Origin: the human T2T-CHM13v2.0 reference genome, Homo sapiens
Length of the DNA: 64,000 nucleotides
Assembly (NCBI RefSeq): GCF_009914755.1
Contig: NC_060945.1
Reading direction: 5' to 3' (one strand)
The notes beneath the pieces are model-generated. The model saw nothing but the letters and a program-made list of their open reading frames with translations. It had not been told where the DNA came from and searched no databases. Below, piece by piece: positions 59,620 to 64,000 of the stretch (positions are counted from its first letter, which is position 1; every line of letters starts with the position of its first letter). The translations under genes and the position numbers were made by a program.

Positions 59620-60670
59620 TTGTAGACATAAAACTGTTCCTAGTGTTCTCTCCTTGAAACTTTTCCTTCCCTTATCTGTATTTTTTCCCTAAAAGAGTTC
59701 CTTCAAATCTACAATTTTAAACGCCAACTATCTCACTATGCTTAGTCTTTCTCCTAAACTAGCTCAAAACTCTGGTTATCAAAGGCATGATAACATCTCT
59801 CCCCCACCACAACTGGTAGCCCATTGGCATTGAAGATTCACCTCGTACAAAACTGAACACCTCTCTTCATCCACCTTACTTCCTAAAAAGGGTATCTTTT
59901 GTCATTGGTGTCACCATTTATTCAACTTTCCGTCATGACTTATAAAGATATCATGGATTCCTCCCTATCTGTTACTCCCCATGACCCCAGTCAATTATCA
60001 AATCTTGCTAATCCAAAGGTGACATGTCTCCCCACCGCTACTGCTGTCTCAGTCTAAACTTCATCATTTCTTAAGTTAATTACTGAAATAGCCCCTTGAC
60101 TATCCTGTAATATTTCATCACTTATAGATCAGAATATCATTATGTCATTTTCCTATTTAAGAGCATTAAGTAATTTGCAATGTCCTTGAATAAAGTTCAC
60201 AGTCCTGAGCATGGGTTATAAATCCATGCATGATATGATCCTTGTATATCTTCTAACCTCATCCATCTTATTTGCTTTGGTTCCCAATTCAGATCTACTT
60301 AAGAAGGCATTTATTTCTTCTCCTATGATAGCCCCTCTGTTTAAAATTTCCTTTCCTCCTTCATTTCAAAATGAAAAGAAATCATTTTCTCTTATTAAAG
60401 CTGCTTTTAATCACTTCTGTATAAATGTAGGAGTCTATCAATATGACATTCTTATTATCCCTCAACATTCTTACATGCTTTTTTTCAAACTGTCTCAAAA
60501 TCATTTACATTTTTGCCTAATTTCCCTGCTGGTCTGTGAATCCCTTGTAGTCTGATTCTGAGACACAGTCTTAGTTCTAATATAAGCAGGCACAGCAGGT
60601 CTTGACATATTGTAGATTCTCAGATTTTTTTTTTTGAAATGATGAACAATGGAATAAATAAATCAATGAA
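59620..60670 (+). mobile_element. L2 3' remnant
   Basis: C/T-rich degraded L2 text ending AATGATGAACAATGGAATAAATAAATCAATGAA. Confidence 0.6.
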
Positions 60671-60862
60671 GCATGTTGATTGGGAGAATTTTTTTAGAAG
60701 ATGGTTGATGTGATTATACTCAGATATGTTGCATTGGGTAAGACTTTTAGGAAACTGGTAAATTCATAGTTTAATATTTATAAAATCAACAATCAAAAAC
60801 AAAATTTTGAGACAGTGTGTTCTCACATATTAGAAACCATTTACTTATAAAAAAATGACTTC

Positions 60863-61198
<336 letters not shown>

Positions 61199-61239
61199 TT
61201 AATGGTTCATTCAATTTTTGATTAACTTAGGCAGACTTT

Positions 61240-61769
<530 letters not shown>

Positions 61770-63622
61770 ACTTTATTATGACACCAGTGGAATTCTTAGT
61801 ACATGGGATCTCAGCAGTTAAAACGGCTGAAGAGATTACCGTGGCCGATCTTCTATGAGTGCAAGAACCACCTTTCTAACAATTCTGAAGTGTTATTATT
61901 TAAATGTCAGTGGAAAAATGTACTGTGAAATGGAATCAATTTGGTATTGCCAGTTATTAATTCTATTGCTAATTAATATTAATATTTTCCTCCAGAAAAA
62001 AAATATATCTATTTCTGTACTTAGAAGAAGATTAAGAAATGTAAAAGTATGTACTATTATTATCTATGGGTGTTGAGATTACAAGAGTTTCTTAATTTTT
62101 TCTGTATATTTTAAATATTTTTCAAATTTTCTAAAATGTTTTTCTAAAAATTAACTGAGGAAAAAATAAAATTAGACAAAGAGAAAAAGAATGAAAGAAA
62201 TATAGAGAGAGGCTATTTCTGTGCTGAAGTAAAAGATCCCTCCTGTTTACTACTCTTAAACAAAAAAAAATTGTCTTTAATGAATATGATGCTTCTACAA
62301 GTATCTAGCTATGATAGTCATTATCACTCCCTTTAGATTTCTCTTTTTAAAGTTAATAATAATCTTATTTCTTCTGCATGTATCCCTGCATTTATTTCAG
62401 AAAAGCTCCCTGAGGTGATGGCAAAATGTTTGGGATTATTAATTGAATTATTTTTCTGCTGTGTTATTTTTCAAAAAAAAAAAACTCAAGTGTATTTTTA
62501 AAAAATATATGGGTTACAGTACATGAACCCAAATTTTGACTATATTTCTTAAAATATATATTATTCTATCTTAACGACATGGTTTTACCTATGACATTTA
62601 ATCCCGTATTTAATTGTTCTCATCTCAATATTTTATATTGGAGGTGATAGAGATAATTATTTCTGTACAATTAATGCTTATATATTATACATGAAAGAAA
62701 AATACATGTAAAAGAATAATTAGCAAAATAATCTAAAAATTTTCTGTTTTGTTGACTTCAGTGAAGAGAAAATACATTAGGTCAACTAAAGATTTATGCA
62801 TTTATTTTAAGTTATGTGAAAATATTGAGTTCATCTGAGTTTTAACTATAAGAGATAATGACACACGTCACATATTCATGTGACACTCAATCATAATTTT
62901 ATTAGGAAAGGAACCAAAGCAGTTATAAACTAAGAAGACTTTGGTTCAATTAAAAATATTAATACTATTGAAAACATACAAGAAATAATGATGGTATTTA
63001 ATTAATGCATTAGTAACCCTTTATAGATTATAACATATCACTGGTTGATTTTGCCACCATGCTGGGTATTAATGACATTACTTATCAATCTATAAATCTA
63101 ACTAATGTAGCGTATATATGAATGGCAACTAAATTTTAGATATTATATTTCATTTGTGTGGCCCATTTTATAAATGTATACTTTTTTGTACTTATTTATC
63201 TATTTACTTATCTCATATGACAGAGTTGATTTACAGTATTTTTCTTGTCATTAAATTAAATCTCCCCATCTGAGACAGAATCATTAAGAGCAGCCACACC
63301 TAAAGAATAGCTACTGCTATTTAACATACAGTTACCTTGCCTAGAATAACAGGAATTAGATACAGGCATTTATAGGATAGTTTATTGAATATTATCACCC
63401 CCTTTTAAGAGTGTTACCTTAAATCATATAAAATACATTTTGACAGAAATTTGGTATCTATTTATCCTACAAAAAACTTCTTTTAAAAATTTATGTTCTT
63501 TAAACTTTTCTACATTTTTTCCCATTTGCTGCTCTTCATATTTTTATTCTATCTGGAAAAATCATAGAGCATCATGAAATTTAATTTTGGGAAAATTACT
63601 GGCTTAAGGAGAATATGGTCAC

Positions 63623-64000
63623 TGATATGGTTTGGCTGTATCCTCACCCAAATCTCATCTTGAATTCCTACGTGTTATGGGAGTAACCTGGTGGGAGGTA
63701 ATTGAATCATGGGGACAGGTCTTTCCTGTACTGTTCTGTCACTGATATGCTTTGGCTGTGTCTCTACCCAAATCTCATCTTAAATTCCCATTTGTTGTGG
63801 GAGGAATCTGGTGGGAGGTAACTGAAATCTTGGAGGCAGGTCTTTCCTGTACTGTTCTGGTGGTAGTGATGGTTTTGAAACTGGGAGTTTCCCTACACAA
63901 GTTCTCTTTGCTTACTGCCATTCATGTAAGACGTGACTTGCTCTTCCTTGCCTTCCACCATGATTGTGAGGCTTCCCCAGCCACGTGGAACTGTAAGTCC
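63623..64000 (+). mobile_element. THE1 LTR with duplicated 5' 120 bp, running off the window edge
   Basis: TGATATGGTTTGGCTGT...CCCAAATCTCATCTT at 63623 and again at 63743. Confidence 0.9.

Overview
Primate (human-like) AT-rich non-coding genomic DNA, either a deep intron or intergenic. No protein-coding exon, RNA gene or CpG island can be supported. Many ORFs in the supplied track are conceptual translations of Alu, L1 or LTR sequence; the rest look like short chance ORFs. The window is a layered record of transposable elements: about 25 Alu copies or fragments (J, S and Y types, most with readable target-site duplications, TSDs), five short L1PA 3' insertions, a complete two-LTR THE1 provirus with a 5-bp TSD, solo MaLR/ERV1/ERVL LTRs, Charlie1 and MER2 DNA transposon fossils, and ancient L2/MIR/CR1 remnants. 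I find no evidence for a new biological system. The most notable structures are: (1) a TSD-bounded insertion at 47944-48630 combining an inverted L1 3' end with about 500 bp of polyadenylated non-L1 cargo, consistent with 3' transduction plus twin priming; (2) a ~205-bp, ~97%-identical inverted duplication (34965-35170 / 36720-36924) of an AluJ arm plus unique flank, with palindromic junction sequence; (3) a clean twin-primed L1 at 44245-44880; (4) a mosaic AluS/AluY element; (5) a palindromic AT-rich minisatellite bounded by 15-bp direct repeats. Subfamily names are recalled by eye from consensus sequences, not computed, and boundaries of old elements are approximate.
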